A stretch of 63,898 bases of DNA, filler included, from Octopus bimaculoides (lineage: Eukaryota), in the NCBI RefSeq assembly GCF_001194135.2. It is 11 parts of 10 records of this genome, joined end to end, with 100 filler letters (N's around TTAATTAATTAA, not from the genome) between each part and the next. Parts side by side here need not be neighbours in the genome. Positions count along the whole stretch, not along the records: positions 16,681 to 25,024 come from NC_068985.1; positions 25,125 to 27,348 come from NW_026432031.1; positions 27,449 to 36,033 come from NC_068990.1; positions 36,134 to 53,900 come from NC_068981.1; 7 more parts are not named here. One strand, written 5' to 3'. Both the position numbers and the translations under genes were made by a program. A model generated the notes under the pieces. That model saw nothing but the letters and a program-made list of their open reading frames with translations, was not told where the DNA came from and did not search any database. Shown one piece after another: positions 23,396 through 36,218 of the stretch. Each line of letters opens with the position of its first letter. Positions within the stretch are counted from its first letter, which is position 1.

Positions 23396-24062
23396 TATAT
23401 CGAGCAAATATTCATGCTAGACGCATGCTATATTTAAATATGTATATAATACAAAAACAGGTGTCAATTCCGAACACCGGGGACTATGATGTATCACATT
23501 TTCTTGTTAAATTACGATTTGATTCAACTTACGTTATTAGAGTAATGTTAGAGTTAGAGAGAAAAAAAATACACGCTAACATATGTACAACCAGCTGTCG
23601 GTCATATCATCTGTTGCTGATTTACTTGAGTGAAAAAAAAAATCGGGGATTAGCGATAAGTAAATAAAGACATAAATAAATAAAAGATTTAGCAGACAGA
23701 CGATTAGAGATTTACCGCAGTGGTGTTATTAAGCTGTCGTAACAGGCGTCGTTACGTCTTGTACGTGATCAAAAGTACATTCCAATCTTATTGAATTGTT
23801 TTGCTTATCGCATTAGCTGGAGATAGTTTAGAGCAGAGAAATTCATTTAAAATATATGTTGTAATATGAGCAACATCGATCGTACTCACTAGAAACGGTC
23901 TGTTCTGTCTTGTTCTGTTCGCAATCAAAATGAAAAGAAAAGAAGAAACATTATGCTGTGATATTAATATAATAAAACGGTAGCCATTTCAGCATAATAT
24001 TCATTTAAATCATTACATGCAAGTTATATTTACAATATGTGTGTGTGTCTGTGTGTGTGTGT

Positions 24063-24437
24063 GTTGGCACTCCGTCGCTTACGACGTCGAGGGTTCCTGT
24101 TGATCCGATCAACGGAACAGCCTGCTCGTGAAATTAACGTGCAAGTGGCTGAGCACTCCACAGACACGTGTACCCTTAACGTAGTTCTCGGGGATAATCA
24201 GCGTGACACAGAGTGTGACAAGGCTGGCCCTTTGAATTACAGGCACAACAGAAACAGGAAGTAAGAGAAAGTTGTTGTCGAAGAGTACAGCAGGGTTCAG
24301 CACTATCCCCTGCTGGAGCCTCGTGGAGCTTTAAGTGTTTTCGCTCAATAAACACCCACAGCGTCCGGTCTGGGAAGCGAAACCGCGATCATATGACCGC
24401 GAGTCCGCTGCCCTAACCACTGGGCCATTGCGCCTCC
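24063..24437 (-). mobile_element. tRNA-derived SINE family A, full length
   Basis: Head ggaggcgcaatggcccagtggttaggg (A-box)...ggtttcgcttccc (B-box-like); 3' end gacgtcgtaagcgacggagtgccaac. Highly similar to 25517-25902. Confidence 0.9.
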
Positions 24438-24539
24438 ACTTACAATATGTATTCTATTATAAAATAATTGTCTGTGTTGAACATAAGAGGTTATATTACC
24501 TATTACAGCTCGCCTGTTAATAAACGCTACACTCAAAAG

Positions 24540-24750
24540 CGACGAGCTAGCAGAATCATTAGCGCGCTGGACAAAATACGTAGCGGCATTTCGTCTATCT
24601 TCGTGTTCTGAGTTCGAATTTCACCGAATTTGACTTTGCCTTTCATCTTTTCGGAGTCGATAAAGGAAATGCCTGTTGAGTAATGGTGTCGGAGTAATCA
24701 ACTTAGGCCCTTTTCCGAAATTGCTGGCCTTGTGCCGAAATATGAAAGCA
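24540..24750 (+). mobile_element. SINE family C
   Basis: gacgagctagcagaatcattagcgcgctggacaaaat...ctgagttcgaatttcaccga...ggccttgtgccgaaat. Confidence 0.75.
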
Positions 24751-25124
24751 ACGTACGTCCTTCACTCTCGCTCTCTCTTCTCTCCCTTTCTCTCTCTCTC
24801 CTTGTCCCCTCTCTCATAGATACATAGGATCTATTTTAAAACGGGGGCCACAGTTTTCATTAATGTTTTACGTAGTGTTTGTTTATGTAGTCGGCACTTA
24901 ATGTATATTGGCTGAATGGACGTCAGTGATTGGTTGAAATACGACAACTTTAACATGGAATAACTTAGGGATTTCTTTTTTTTTTAAAGAAAACTAAGAG
25001 AAAAAGATGTTTTATATGACACATNNNNNNNNNNNNNNNNNNNNNNNNNNNNNNNNNNNNNNNNNNNNTTAATTAATTAANNNNNNNNNNNNNNNNNNNN
25101 NNNNNNNNNNNNNNNNNNNNNNNN

Positions 25125-25161
<37 letters not shown>

Positions 25162-25167
25162 CCCTTT

Positions 25168-25198
<31 letters not shown>

Positions 25199-25516
25199 TG
25201 CCTATCAAAATCAAGGTACAAAACGCATACATACGCACACACAATCTGAAGTAAAAGTACATCCCCCTCTCGAGGTAAGGCCACCTCCACCATCACAAAT
25301 ATTGCCACTACTATTACAGTAATTACACTGCTGCCATGCTAAGATCCCCGTGACATCAAATTCATCCAACACTGTAGTACCCACAACTCTGTACTACGTA
25401 ACACCGACAACACAACATTACCATGAACGCCAACAATAACAACACCACTACCATCACACCACCAACACTCCACTAGTTACATAACTCATGCTATCACATT
25501 CCTCCAGCGCCGGAAT

Positions 25517-25902
25517 TGTTTTGTTGGCACTCCGTCGCTTACGACGTCGAGGGTTCCAGTGGATCCGGTCAACGGAACAGCCTGCTCGTGAAATTAACGT
25601 TCAAGTGGCTGAGCACTCCACAGACACGTGTACCCTTAACGTAGTTCTCGGGGAGATTCAGCGTGACACAGTGTGACAAGGCTGGCCCCTTTGAATTACA
25701 GGTACAACAGAAACAGGAAGAAAGAGTGAGAGAAAGTTGTGCTGAAAGAGTACGACAGGGTTCGCCACCATCCCCTGCCGGAGCCTCGTGGAGCTTTAGG
25801 TGTTTTCGCTCAATAAACACTCACAAAGCCCGGTCTGGGAATCGAAATCGCGATCCTATGACCGCGAGTCTGCTGCCCTAACCACTGGGCCATTTCGTCT
25901 CC
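25517..25902 (-). mobile_element. tRNA-derived SINE family A, full length
   Basis: Near-identical to 24063-24437; B-box gatttcgattccc. Confidence 0.9.
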
Positions 25903-27448
25903 ACATGTTATATATATANNNNNNNNNNNNNNNNNNNNNNNNNNNNNNNNNNNNNNNNNNNNNNNNNNNNNNNNNNNNNNNNNNNNNNNNNNNNNNNNNN
26001 NNNNNNNNNNNNNNNNNNNNNNNNNNNNNNNNNNNNNNNNNNNNNNNNNNNNNNNNNNNNNNNNNNNNNNNNNNNNNNNNNNNNNNNNNNNNNNNNNNNN
26101 NNNNNNNNNNNNNNNNNNNNNNNNNNNNNNNNNNNNNNNNNNNNNNNNNNNNNNNNNNNNNNNNNNNNNNNNNNNNNNNNNNNNNNNNNNNNNNNNNNNN
26201 NNNNNNNNNNNNNNNNNNNNNNNNNNNNNNNNNNNNNNNNNNNNNNNNNNNNNNNNNNNNNNNNNNNNNNNNNNNNNNNNNNNNNNNNNNNNNNNNNNNN
26301 NNNNNNNNNNNNNNNNNNNNNNNNNNNNNNNNNNNNNNNNNNNNNNNNNNNNNNNNNNNNNNNNNNNNNNNNNNNNNNNNNNNNNNNNNNNNNNNNNNNN
26401 NNNNNNNNNNNNNNNNNNNNNNNNNNNNNNNNNNNNNNNNNNNNNNNNNNNNNNNNNNNNNNNNNNNNNNNNNNNNNGTTATATATATACAATAATAATA
26501 AAGAACGTTACCGTATATACGTTTACAAACCAAGGACGTAATATAGACCTCCTTGACTCAAGTTAGAGAAGGGGTGCGTATTATACACAAGGTTTAGGTT
26601 TTTCAGAGGTACAGCCCCCTAAAAATCCCCTGCGTATTATATTCAAGGGCGGATTATACTCGAGGATTTATGGTATGTTCCTTCCATCTTGAATAACCAT
26701 GTTTCATATTCCCCCATCAATGGAATAACCAGAATTCTAAACTCTGCAACCAAAGATCACACTTCTAGCAACACTATGATGGCCGCCCTCGCTACTATTA
26801 ACTCTTCACCAATTATTATACTTCTATCATGAATCACTTTGCTATCACATTCCTCAAGAACCGGAATACCCACAATACGGCACGGCGTAACTGACAAGAC
26901 CACTTATACTACCACCACCGCCACCACCACAACCGCCATCATCATTACAACTAACACTCTTCCAGTTACCTTACTAGTGTCCTGAACTACCATACCATCA
27001 CCTACCCTCACCAGAATACCCACAATTCCTCACTGTACCACCAATAACCGCACTTATAGTTGCGCTGTCAGCCTCACCTTCGCTACTTCTAACATTTCCG
27101 AACCATTTTGCTATCACATTTCTCCAGCACCGTAAGCGAGACCACCGCTGACGCCAATCTTACTGCCACCGCTACTGTACCACTATCGTCCAACCATCTA
27201 AACTACCACCGCAACAACTTAACACTAACAACAGCAACAACGAGCAATTTAATCTTACTTTTATCACAATCATCTGACAACAAATACCATCACTCCCACC
27301 ACCACCACCACCACCACCACCATAACCACTACTTTCATCATCACTATCNNNNNNNNNNNNNNNNNNNNNNNNNNNNNNNNNNNNNNNNNNNNTTAATTAA
27401 TTAANNNNNNNNNNNNNNNNNNNNNNNNNNNNNNNNNNNNNNNNNNNN

Positions 27449-27677
27449 GTGTGATGTTGCTACTCTTAACTAGTTTTCCTCTTTTCAGGGTTGCTTTGGC
27501 ACATTTTTCTAATCCAAATTTCATATCTATTTCATTGGTAAATCCATGTACTGTCTGTAATATTGTTTCCAGCTGTTTATCATTTGTAGCATATAGTTTT
27601 AGGTCATCCATTTATAAAAGGTGGCTGATTGTTTTGCCGTAACATTTGTATCCGCATCCAGTTCTATTTAGTTTGTC

Positions 27678-27680
<3 letters not shown>
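27449..27680 (-). mobile_element. R4/Dong-like LINE RT fragment
   Basis: MDDLKLYATNDKQLETILQTVHGFTNEIDMKFGLEKCAKATLKRGK, nearly the same protein as 35747-36033. Confidence 0.85.
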
Positions 27681-27736
<56 letters not shown>

Positions 27737-27870
27737 TCACTTCCTGGAATCGAACTCGAAAGAGCGCATGTAGCGTAGTGGTTAAGCCCACGGGCATATG
27801 GCGTAGTGGTTAAGAGCGTGGGCTACTAACCCCAGGATTCCAAGTTCGATTCCAAGCAGTAACCTGAATA
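27680..27870. mobile_element. Third head-to-head pair of the tRNA-head SINE-like element (hammerhead tails absent)
   Basis: Inverted truncated arm (tat)n-tcaggtcacttcctggaatcgaactcg at 27680-27760, followed by the full head gcccacgggcatatggcgtagtggttaagagcgtgggctactaacccc...gttcgattcc on + from 27786. Confidence 0.75.
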
Positions 27871-28431
27871 ATTAAAATCGATCATGTGTCGCCCGAACTC
27901 AATATATGCTGGCTAGTGGCAGCTGTGCTTTTCGACATTGAAGAAACTGCCACTATTTTGGAGGCGCACAAGTTGCAAAGCCAGAACTGGTCGGGTACGG
28001 GCATGCAACTACTTGTTCAAATTGAACAAGATAGCATAAATGCCATACCCGACTCTATTAATTTGCTGGACGGCACAAGATTNNNNNNNNNNNNNNNNNN
28101 NNNNNNNNNNNNNNNNNNNNNNNNNNNNNNNNNNNNNNNNNNNNNNNNNNNNNNNNNNNNNNNNNNNNNNNNNNNNNNNNNNNNNNNNNNNNNNNNNNNN
28201 NNNNNNNNNNNNNNNNNNNNNNNNNNNNNNNNNNNNNNNNNNNNNNNNNNNNNNNNNNNNNNNNNNNNNNNNNNNNNNNNNNNNNNNNNNNNNNNNNNNN
28301 NNNNNNNNNNNNNNNNNNNNNNNNNNNNNNNNNNNNNNNNNNNNNNNNNNNNNNNNNNNNNNNNNNNNNNNNNNNNNNNNNNNNNNNNNNNNNNNNNNNN
28401 NNNNNNNNNNNNNNNNNNNNNNNNNNNNNNN

Positions 28432-30720
28432 AAATATCAACAACAACAACAACAACAGCACCGTTTTCGACAGCGAAAACAGATGAAAATGCATTACAAA
28501 TTAATGTAATAGACCCTAAGGACATCCTCTTTCACGACCTAATCAGCTCCGATTGTGCGAGCCCTGATAGCGAGAAAGGGGCGTGGCACACAGTGCCACC
28601 GAAAAAGAAACGTAAAAGGAAGTGTAAAGACACAATAGACAATGTGGGGAGGCGCGAAAAACTAGGGCTTCCCAAAAACAACAGCAACAACATACACTCA
28701 CAACTTTCAACAACACCGCAAACACCGATACCCACAGACAATAGCAACAACAATACTAACGTTACAGTAATAAACACAAAGAATGAACACCTAGTCACAT
28801 ACTTGACAGACAATACAGACACTAAAGTTTCCGATTTTGTAGTATCCACGCACAGCACATCACCAGTACACATACTCACACTCAAAATATCTAATGACAA
28901 TTACAAAATAATAAAGAACAAATTTCCAGACGATGTTGGGTCTCTAGGGAGAAGTTTGTCCAAAAGACTTTTTGGAAATCTGGTGGAAATACCCACACAG
29001 GAGCCACCCCACCAGACAACAGCCGTAAGTAGAGCCTTTTCCCCTTGATAAATACTTTTTTTTGAAACATGGTTGTACTCAGAATCGGCAGTATAAATGT
29101 GAGAGGCATCGGGTCGCCTTGAAAACAAGGTTACCTCTTAAACGACCTAAGGTGGTACTGCGGTGCTATTTCGGAAAGGCCTGGATTTGAAAATGAAGGT
29201 AGTCTTCCTGAATCCAGACGGTAAGTTGGTGCTCCTGGACGTGAGCAGTAGTGGTGGTGGTGCCTTCAGATTGCTGGCTGCCTACGCTCCAACAGGAGGA
29301 GGGCAGTCCGATTATTTCATGCATCTGGAGTACGTTCCGCACTTGGGTACGTTCCGCACTTTAATACTAGTTGGGGATTGGAAGTCTGTCTTAGACGAAC
29401 GTTTCGATCAGGTGGGTGCAGGAGCATCTGATAGGAGAGGAGTATGCAAGAGCCTCGCCAATTTGCTCAGACGCTTTCAGCTGTCCGACAGGTATCGACT
29501 AGACAACCCGAATGTGCCAATGTGGACTTGGACTAATCGCATCACTTAGAGTTTTCTGTAGGCCAGCGGATAAGGACAGCATAGGTTGTCCACAATTCCA
29601 TATAGTCGGCTACACGGACCACAAATTCGTGATCTGTACGGTTGACTTAGATAGGCTCCATAGTCAAGGTCCTAGTTATTAGAAGCTAAACGCGTCGTTA
29701 ACGGCGTGCAAAGCGTACAGAGACCGGATTAGTTTATTAGTTAAGCGGGCGTTGACAGGGGAAATCATCAATAACAACTGGTGGTTCGCCCTGAAGAGGG
29801 CAATTAGAGCAGAATCGATTAGGTTTAGTAAGGCTCTAGCTGTAGAACGTAAGAAAACAGAGCNNNNNNNNNNCAGGGAATACTCATGTCAATTAATAAA
29901 CACGTCTTCTTTGTCTGAACTTTTATAATAATATCCGGTTTATTAGCTTTTATAGCCTCGTCGGCAACAGAGCGACCATTCGGTCTTTGGTAGACCAGAA
30001 CGACTGCGAGATTTCGGAACCGAAGCAGATGTGTGCAGCCTTTCAGCAGCACTTTGCTCAATTGTTCGGGACGACGGTAGGACGGACGACGGAACAGATT
30101 TCGGTGTGAACATAGACGGCCTGCCGCAACTCTCGACCAGCGAAGCCGAGTGCTGCGAAGGACCCATATCTGACTGGGAAGTACAGGAAGCGATGAAAGG
30201 CTACACGAGAGGTAGATCGCCGGGTTTGGATGGTCTGCCTTACGAGCTTTATACGTCAATGCAAGACATGTTTGCGGGCGTCTTGGCAAACGTCTACTGC
30301 AACTGGCAACAAAACGGGAGAATACCTGCTTTTGTTTGTCGAGGAGTGGTGGCTTTGCTAAGAAAGGACCCAAACAAGGGAGACATTATAAGGAACTTTA
30401 GGCCCATCACTCTGCTCAATACAGAGTTGAAGATCTTGGCCAAGGTGCTAGCCAAGAGATTGGCGCCTGTCGTGGGCAAACTGATCAGCAAGGCGCAGAC
30501 ATGCGCCGTGCCAACCAGGTCTGTCCACGACAACCTCCATCTCATGCGCTACATCATAAAGAGGATGGGTAACGAAGCTGGCGCGGGTGGGGCTTTGATC
30601 AATTTAGATAAGTCTAAAGCCTTCGGCAGGGTCGACTATTAATACCTGGCAGCTGTTCTGAAAGTAGCCGGTTTCGGTCCGGTCTTCCGCAGGTGGATCG
30701 CTGCTTTGTACAGAGGCATT
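28432..30720 (+). mobile_element. L1/Tx1-clade LINE: ORF1 remnant, APE endonuclease and N-terminal half of RT
   Basis: RIGSINVRG (~29083), RLLAAYAP, LILVGDW, WTWTN; RT region SPGLDGLPYELY, KGDIIRNFRPITLLNTELKILAKVLAKRL, LDKSKAFGRVD. 3'-truncated near 30720. Confidence 0.9.
29874..29965 (-). mobile_element. R4-like REL endonuclease fragment inside the L1/Tx1 ORF2
   Basis: DEAIKANKPDIIIKVQTKKTCLLIDMSIP on the minus strand, next to a 10-N gap. Confidence 0.7.
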
Positions 30721-31280
30721 TTGTTCGGTATTTACGATATGAATTTATTTCTGTATGATTTTGGAGCAGTTTTGTATTGTAGTGTGTGTAAATCATAAAT
30801 CAACTATTTCATAGTATTTATGGTTATGTCCACTGTTCTTTCTCTTTCTGTTGGTTTTGTTATGGGTTCGTCTTTATAGCGTTTACTTTATTAACTGAAC
30901 ACAACAGCCCATGGACATGTGTTGATGTTTCGTAGTAATAATTATTATTGATGTATCAATATGTGCATATATATAGATGTCTTTTATAAATATGAACGTA
31001 AGTGTAATTAAAATTTAAAATTTTGCTCACAGGTTTTCAGTTTTCGTATAGAACAATTGCAGTGTTTACATTTTTACGCATAGGTTGCTGTGGCGGTGCA
31101 TCTGGGAGAAACTGTTTTTTGTTTATATATACACTCCATGTAAGAAAAATCTTTCAGTTTCCTGAGATGGCTTACATGAAGACATAGGTTTCTTTCATTG
31201 TTTTTCCGGATTCTTAATTCTTGCTTCGTGATGGTTTAAGACTTGGTTTATCTTCCGGGCAGTTCACTGTCAAAAGTCAA

Positions 31281-31348
<68 letters not shown>

Positions 31349-31349
<1 letters not shown>

Positions 31350-31800
31350 GTGAGAGAGCAATGCGTGCCATCAAAGTGACACTGGGGTAAAATATACGAA
31401 GCCCTGTATACCCATCATGACTACACGTCTGATAAGGGTACATGCATCACAACCATATGTGCGCGATATAATGATCTCATATCAAGAGAAATGGCGCATA
31501 GACTTGCAGGTGTGGGCCACTTTGAATTTTCTTCAAGTTGAGTTGCCCATCTCGCTCAAAAGGTCCCTGAATAAGGGTTCCTTAAGGATGTTGAACAAAA
31601 CATCTGTGTTTCCAAAGGTGAATTATCCAGACCTCAAAGAATTCCTCTCAACACATGGCTATGATGCTCCCCCATTACTTCTGCTCGTGGTCAGAGATGT
31701 ACATATCATTAACCACTAAGGGACATGCTCAACGGACAAGCAAATCTGTGATATTGAGCAGAATATTTGCTGTAGCTCATGTTTTACACCAAGACAAAAC
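31349..31800 (-). mobile_element. SINE/LINE-tail family D, long copy with (TAA)n tail
   Basis: Homologous to 15530-15760; followed on its 3' side by (TAA)n at 31284-31348. Confidence 0.7.
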
Positions 31801-31824
31801 AATGTACATAACGCTTCGAATCAG

Positions 31825-32070
31825 TTAAGAACAGAAGCCATGAGAGCCACTTCTACTTTCATGTTTCCACACAAGCATCCAGTCTTCTGTACTAGATAAG
31901 TACCTGTTCATTGCTATTGTGGAGGTCTTATAGCACAGTTCTAACTGCATCATTCCTCTTTCCCCATTACTTCTAGGTAGATACAAACGATCAACGTCTG
32001 CTTTTGGGTGGTACATGTTCTTAAATTTTAGCAGTTTTGTAGTCTTCCTGTCCATGCGTTGGAGCTCTGT
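31825..32070 (-). mobile_element. R4/Dong-like LINE post-RT fragment
   Basis: MDRKTTKLL...YHPKADVDRLYLPRSNGERGMMQLE is a typical R4-clade motif. Confidence 0.8.
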
Positions 32071-32416
32071 AGATTTCAGTTAATGATGTTAAAACTGTAT
32101 TGAACTACTCGAAGCGCCAGGGTGTTAATGGCTTCGATGCGATTTTTCAAGTTGAATTTAATTTTCATTATAAGTCCTATACTCCTATAGTACCACCGCT
32201 ACCACCACCACCACCACCACCACCACCACCACCACCNNNNNNNNNNNNNNNNNNNNNNNNNNNNNNNNNNNNNNNNNNNNNNNNNNNNNNNNNNNNNNNN
32301 NNNNNNNNNNNNNNNNNNNNNNNNNNNNNNNNNNNNNNNNNNNNNNNNNNNNNNNNNNNNNNNNNNNNNNNNNNNNNNNNNNNNNNNNNNNNNNNNNNNN
32401 NNNNNNNNNNNNNNNN

Positions 32417-32938
32417 CATCATCATCATTATTGCCTTTGCACAGCTTCTAACGCTGGAGATGTACTACGGTGTCAGCTGTTCATTACCAGTGGACTAAGG
32501 TAACACCTCTTATTTTTCGAGCACCATCCGGAGTATTCGAGCGGTTCCAAGCAGTGCTGTTTTCTAAAAGTGCTCCACCCTTATTGCAGCCCCTGTTTGT
32601 TCCATGTACTTCTCAAGACTTTTACTCACTGTTCCCAGAGCTCCGACAATTCTACTCACTCAAAAGACAATGACCTTTCTCCTCAAAAGACACGGAAGTA
32701 AACTTAGAATTGCAGTAGAAATTCGCATAAAATGGTTGAAAACAGAATATTAATATCTAATGTCGGCATAATACGACAATTTTGGTGGTTTGCTGAGTAC
32801 AGCAACCACCTGCTCATCACTGACAATTTATTTTTTCGAGCACGGAAGCAAAAAGGGAAAAATCGACTTCGTCAGGATTTGAACTCAGGCGGTAAATAGC
32901 AAGAACTAAGTCATTTTGCCCCATACCTTAACGTTTTC
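32417..32938. repeat. Copy 1 of a ~520-bp direct duplication (R4-like 3' end plus old SINE C)
   Basis: Near-identical to 34234-34757 (offset 1817); minus strand encodes KTALLGTARILRMVLEK*. Confidence 0.9.
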
Positions 32939-32969
32939 CTTCATAGTATCATGTTGTATACTATCTCCT

Positions 32970-34130
32970 TCGCTTATTCCTAGGTATTTATAACTTTCGT
33001 GTGGGTCAAGTTCCTTGATAACAGTGTCGGCATCTCGTTAATGGAAACTGTTTGCCTGACCTTGCCTCTTACCAAAGTTGCGTTAGCACACTTATTGAGG
33101 CCAAAATCCATCTCGATGTCATTGCTAAGCTCTTTAACAGTTGTTGGCAGCCCTACTAGCTCTTGGTCGTTTGTAATAAACAACTTCAGGTCATCTATAT
33201 AAAACATGGTTTGTTATAGTATTATAATTTTTGTATCCATACTTTGTGTTACTCAGTTCGTTTGAGGGTGGGATCAGTGCTATGCAAAAGAGTAATAGGG
33301 AGAGGGAGTCACCTTGAAAGATACCTCGTTTGATGCTGATGCTGTTGGATTGGCTTATCCACTTGGCAATGCTACCTTATAAGAATCTGAGTAGCCAATT
33401 ATGTGGGACACTATCAAACGCTTTCCTGTACTCTATCCATGCCATACTCAGGTTCCTTTTGCTCCGGCAATTCTCTACAATAATTTTATTCATAAGTAAT
33501 TGATCGTTGCACCCATAAGAATTTCTTTTACAGCATTTTTGAGCTTGTGGAAGGATAGAGTTCTGTTAAAAGAAAATGTACATTCTTTCAGTTAGTATGG
33601 ATGTGAGGATCTTGTAGGTAGTGTTGAGATGTTAATGGTCGGTAGTTCTTCGGTATTTGGGTCTTCAGCTTTTGGTAGCAAGTATGTTGTTCCTTCAGTC
33701 TGCCAGGAAGGTATTTAGTCTGGGTTCTGGATGACATCAGTTAGAGATGCAGCGAACTTTTGGTGTACTTCTGTCAGAGAATTCAGCTAGATGGGGCCTT
33801 CCATTTATGAGACTTTCTAAGAATCCGTCTTAGTTCTATTTCTATTGCCTCCTATTTCTGCTCTTCAACTTCATCCACTCTCACTTTCCCATGCTATATC
33901 TTTAGCCTCAACATTATATTCTTTTTTGTTGCCCATATCTTCTTCCAGAACTCTTCCATTTCTTCAGTCTTAGGTGGATCCTTTACTTCTATCTTACTTT
34001 TGCCAATTTCCCCATAGAATTTCTTTGCATCCGTCTTGAATACCTTGTTCAGTAGATAAAACTGGATTATTTTATCATACCCTCAAAGCTGTTGGGCTTT
34101 CAGCTGTATACGCTGTTTCAACAGTTGCGG
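32970..34130 (-). mobile_element. R4/Dong-like LINE RT fragment, degenerate
   Basis: NLSMAWIEYRKAFDSVPHNW, IKRGIFQGDSLSP, FYIDDLKLF, MDFGLNKCA. Confidence 0.85.
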
Positions 34131-34233
34131 GGAGGTTTATAAAATCTTTTCTCAACATCACCTCCACCACCACCACCACCACCACCACCACCACCACTAT
34201 CGTCATAATAATCATCATCATCTTCATCATCAT

Positions 34234-34757
34234 CATCATCATCATTATTGCCTTTGCACAGCTTCTAACGCTGGAGATGTACTACGGTGTCAGCTGTTCA
34301 TTACCAGTGGACTAAGGTAACGCCTCTTATTTTTCGAGCACCTTCCGGAGTATTCGAGCGGTTCCAAGCAGTGCTGTTTTCTAAAAGTGCTCCACCCTTA
34401 TTGCAGCCCCTGTTTGTTCCATGTACTTCTCAAGATTTTTACTCACTGTTCCCAGAGCTCCGACAATTCTACTCACTCAAAAGACAATTACCTTGCTCTT
34501 CAAAAAACACGGAAGTAAACTTAGAATTGCAGTAGAAATTCGCATAAAATGGTTGAAAACAGAATATTAATATCTAACGTCGGCATAATACTACAATTTT
34601 GGTGGTATGCTGAGTGCAGCACCCACCTGCTCATTACTGGCAATTTATTTTTTCGAGCACGGAAGCAAAAAGGGAAAAATCGACTTCATCAGAATTTGAA
34701 CTCAGGCGGTAAATAGCAAGAACTAAGTCATTTTGCCCCATACCCTAACGTTTTTCC
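34234..34757. repeat. Copy 2 of the ~520-bp direct duplication
   Basis: See 32417-32938; both copies are preceded by (CCA)n(CAT)n. Confidence 0.9.
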
Positions 34758-35464
34758 AACCCCAGGAATTGTCAAGTGAAGCACAACTCGGTAGTCTTAA
34801 TTGACCCAGTTCATAAGTCTAGTTTCCTTCAGTATAACTGAAAACTGAATACATATCTAACACCTACATTTTGTACACATTGATAATATCCATAAACTCG
34901 GAAATTGCCTTGAAGATCATGTTTACTTATTGTTGTTCAGCTCCGGTCAGCTTTCATGAAATATACCTAAGATGAAAAACCTTCAAGCTATGCCCATCGA
35001 AGATTTTCGTGTTTCTATTACTATATTTTCCAAAACGTCTTTTAAGACGTTAAGGTGTGACTTCAAGACTACTATTTCTAATAGAGGTGCTGTCGTGGTA
35101 TTTGGGTTGGTACTGGTCATGTTTTGATTGGAAATGATTCATTGAATCAGCTCATTTCAAATTAAGTTTTCTGTAGTGTTGAGCATGTCTCTGACTTTGA
35201 CTCATTTCAACCTGAGCATAGGTAAGGCAGAGGAACATTGGACAACATTCTTTAATATATTTACACTACTACATCGTGAACTATAAATACTATTAAAGGA
35301 TATGTTTAATCTATTTTATTCCTGTATTTTTGATCAATTAATTTACATAAGAATAGTGAGGTCCAACAGTGTATCAGTCAACCTGAATTCTCCAAAATTT
35401 CACAAATACCACGAGTTGTCATTGCGTCTTGACAAAGGAAATAAAGGCAAATATTCCGCAGAAA

Positions 35465-36033
35465 GAAGAAAGACCTCAGTATGGCCTGGGTGGACTACCA
35501 AAAGGCTTTCGACAGAGTTCCCCACACGTGGATTCTGGAAACACTAGCACTCAATGAACAAATGGCAGACAGTGCTACAGCTCCAAACAAAAGAAGGACT
35601 TGTATAAACGAAAGCCATCCCCATTAGAAGAGGAATATTCCAGGGAGACACGCTATATTCACACCTGTTCTGCCTGGCACTCACACCTTTAACTGAATTG
35701 CTAAATAGAACTGGATGCGGTTACAAATGTTACGGAAAAACAGTATATGGATGACCTAAAATTATATGCAAAAAAGGACAAAGAGCTAGAAACACTACTA
35801 CAGACAGTACACGGCTTTACCAAGGAAATAGATATGAAATTCGGATTAGAAAAATGTGCCAAAGCAACCCTGAAAAGAGGAAAATTAGTTAAAAGTAGCA
35901 CTATAACACTAGATAAAGCCAATGAAATAAGAGAACTAGACGAAAGCCAACCATATAAATATTTAGGAGTCAATGAACTAGATAGGATACAACATACACA
36001 AATGAAAGAAAAAAATAAAGAAAGAGTACTATA
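35465..36033 (+). mobile_element. R4/Dong-like LINE RT fragment
   Basis: DLSMAWVDYQKAFDRVPHTWILE, IRRGIFQGD, MDDLKLYA, KFGLEKCAK, YKYLGV. Confidence 0.9.
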
Positions 36034-36133
36034 NNNNNNNNNNNNNNNNNNNNNNNNNNNNNNNNNNNNNNNNNNNNTTAATTAATTAANNNNNNNNNNN
36101 NNNNNNNNNNNNNNNNNNNNNNNNNNNNNNNNN

Positions 36134-36169
<36 letters not shown>

Positions 36170-36182
36170 ACACTGACACACA

Positions 36183-36218
<36 letters not shown>

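Noticed and set aside
23890-23915. Minus-strand microexon with a GTGAGT donor as the next receptor exon
   Set aside because: It encodes a short hydrophilic peptide, not the expected M1 helix.
27786-27860. Functional tRNA gene
   Set aside because: A and B boxes and an anticodon-like arm are present, but there is no matching acceptor stem or oligo-T terminator, and it runs into the SINE body.
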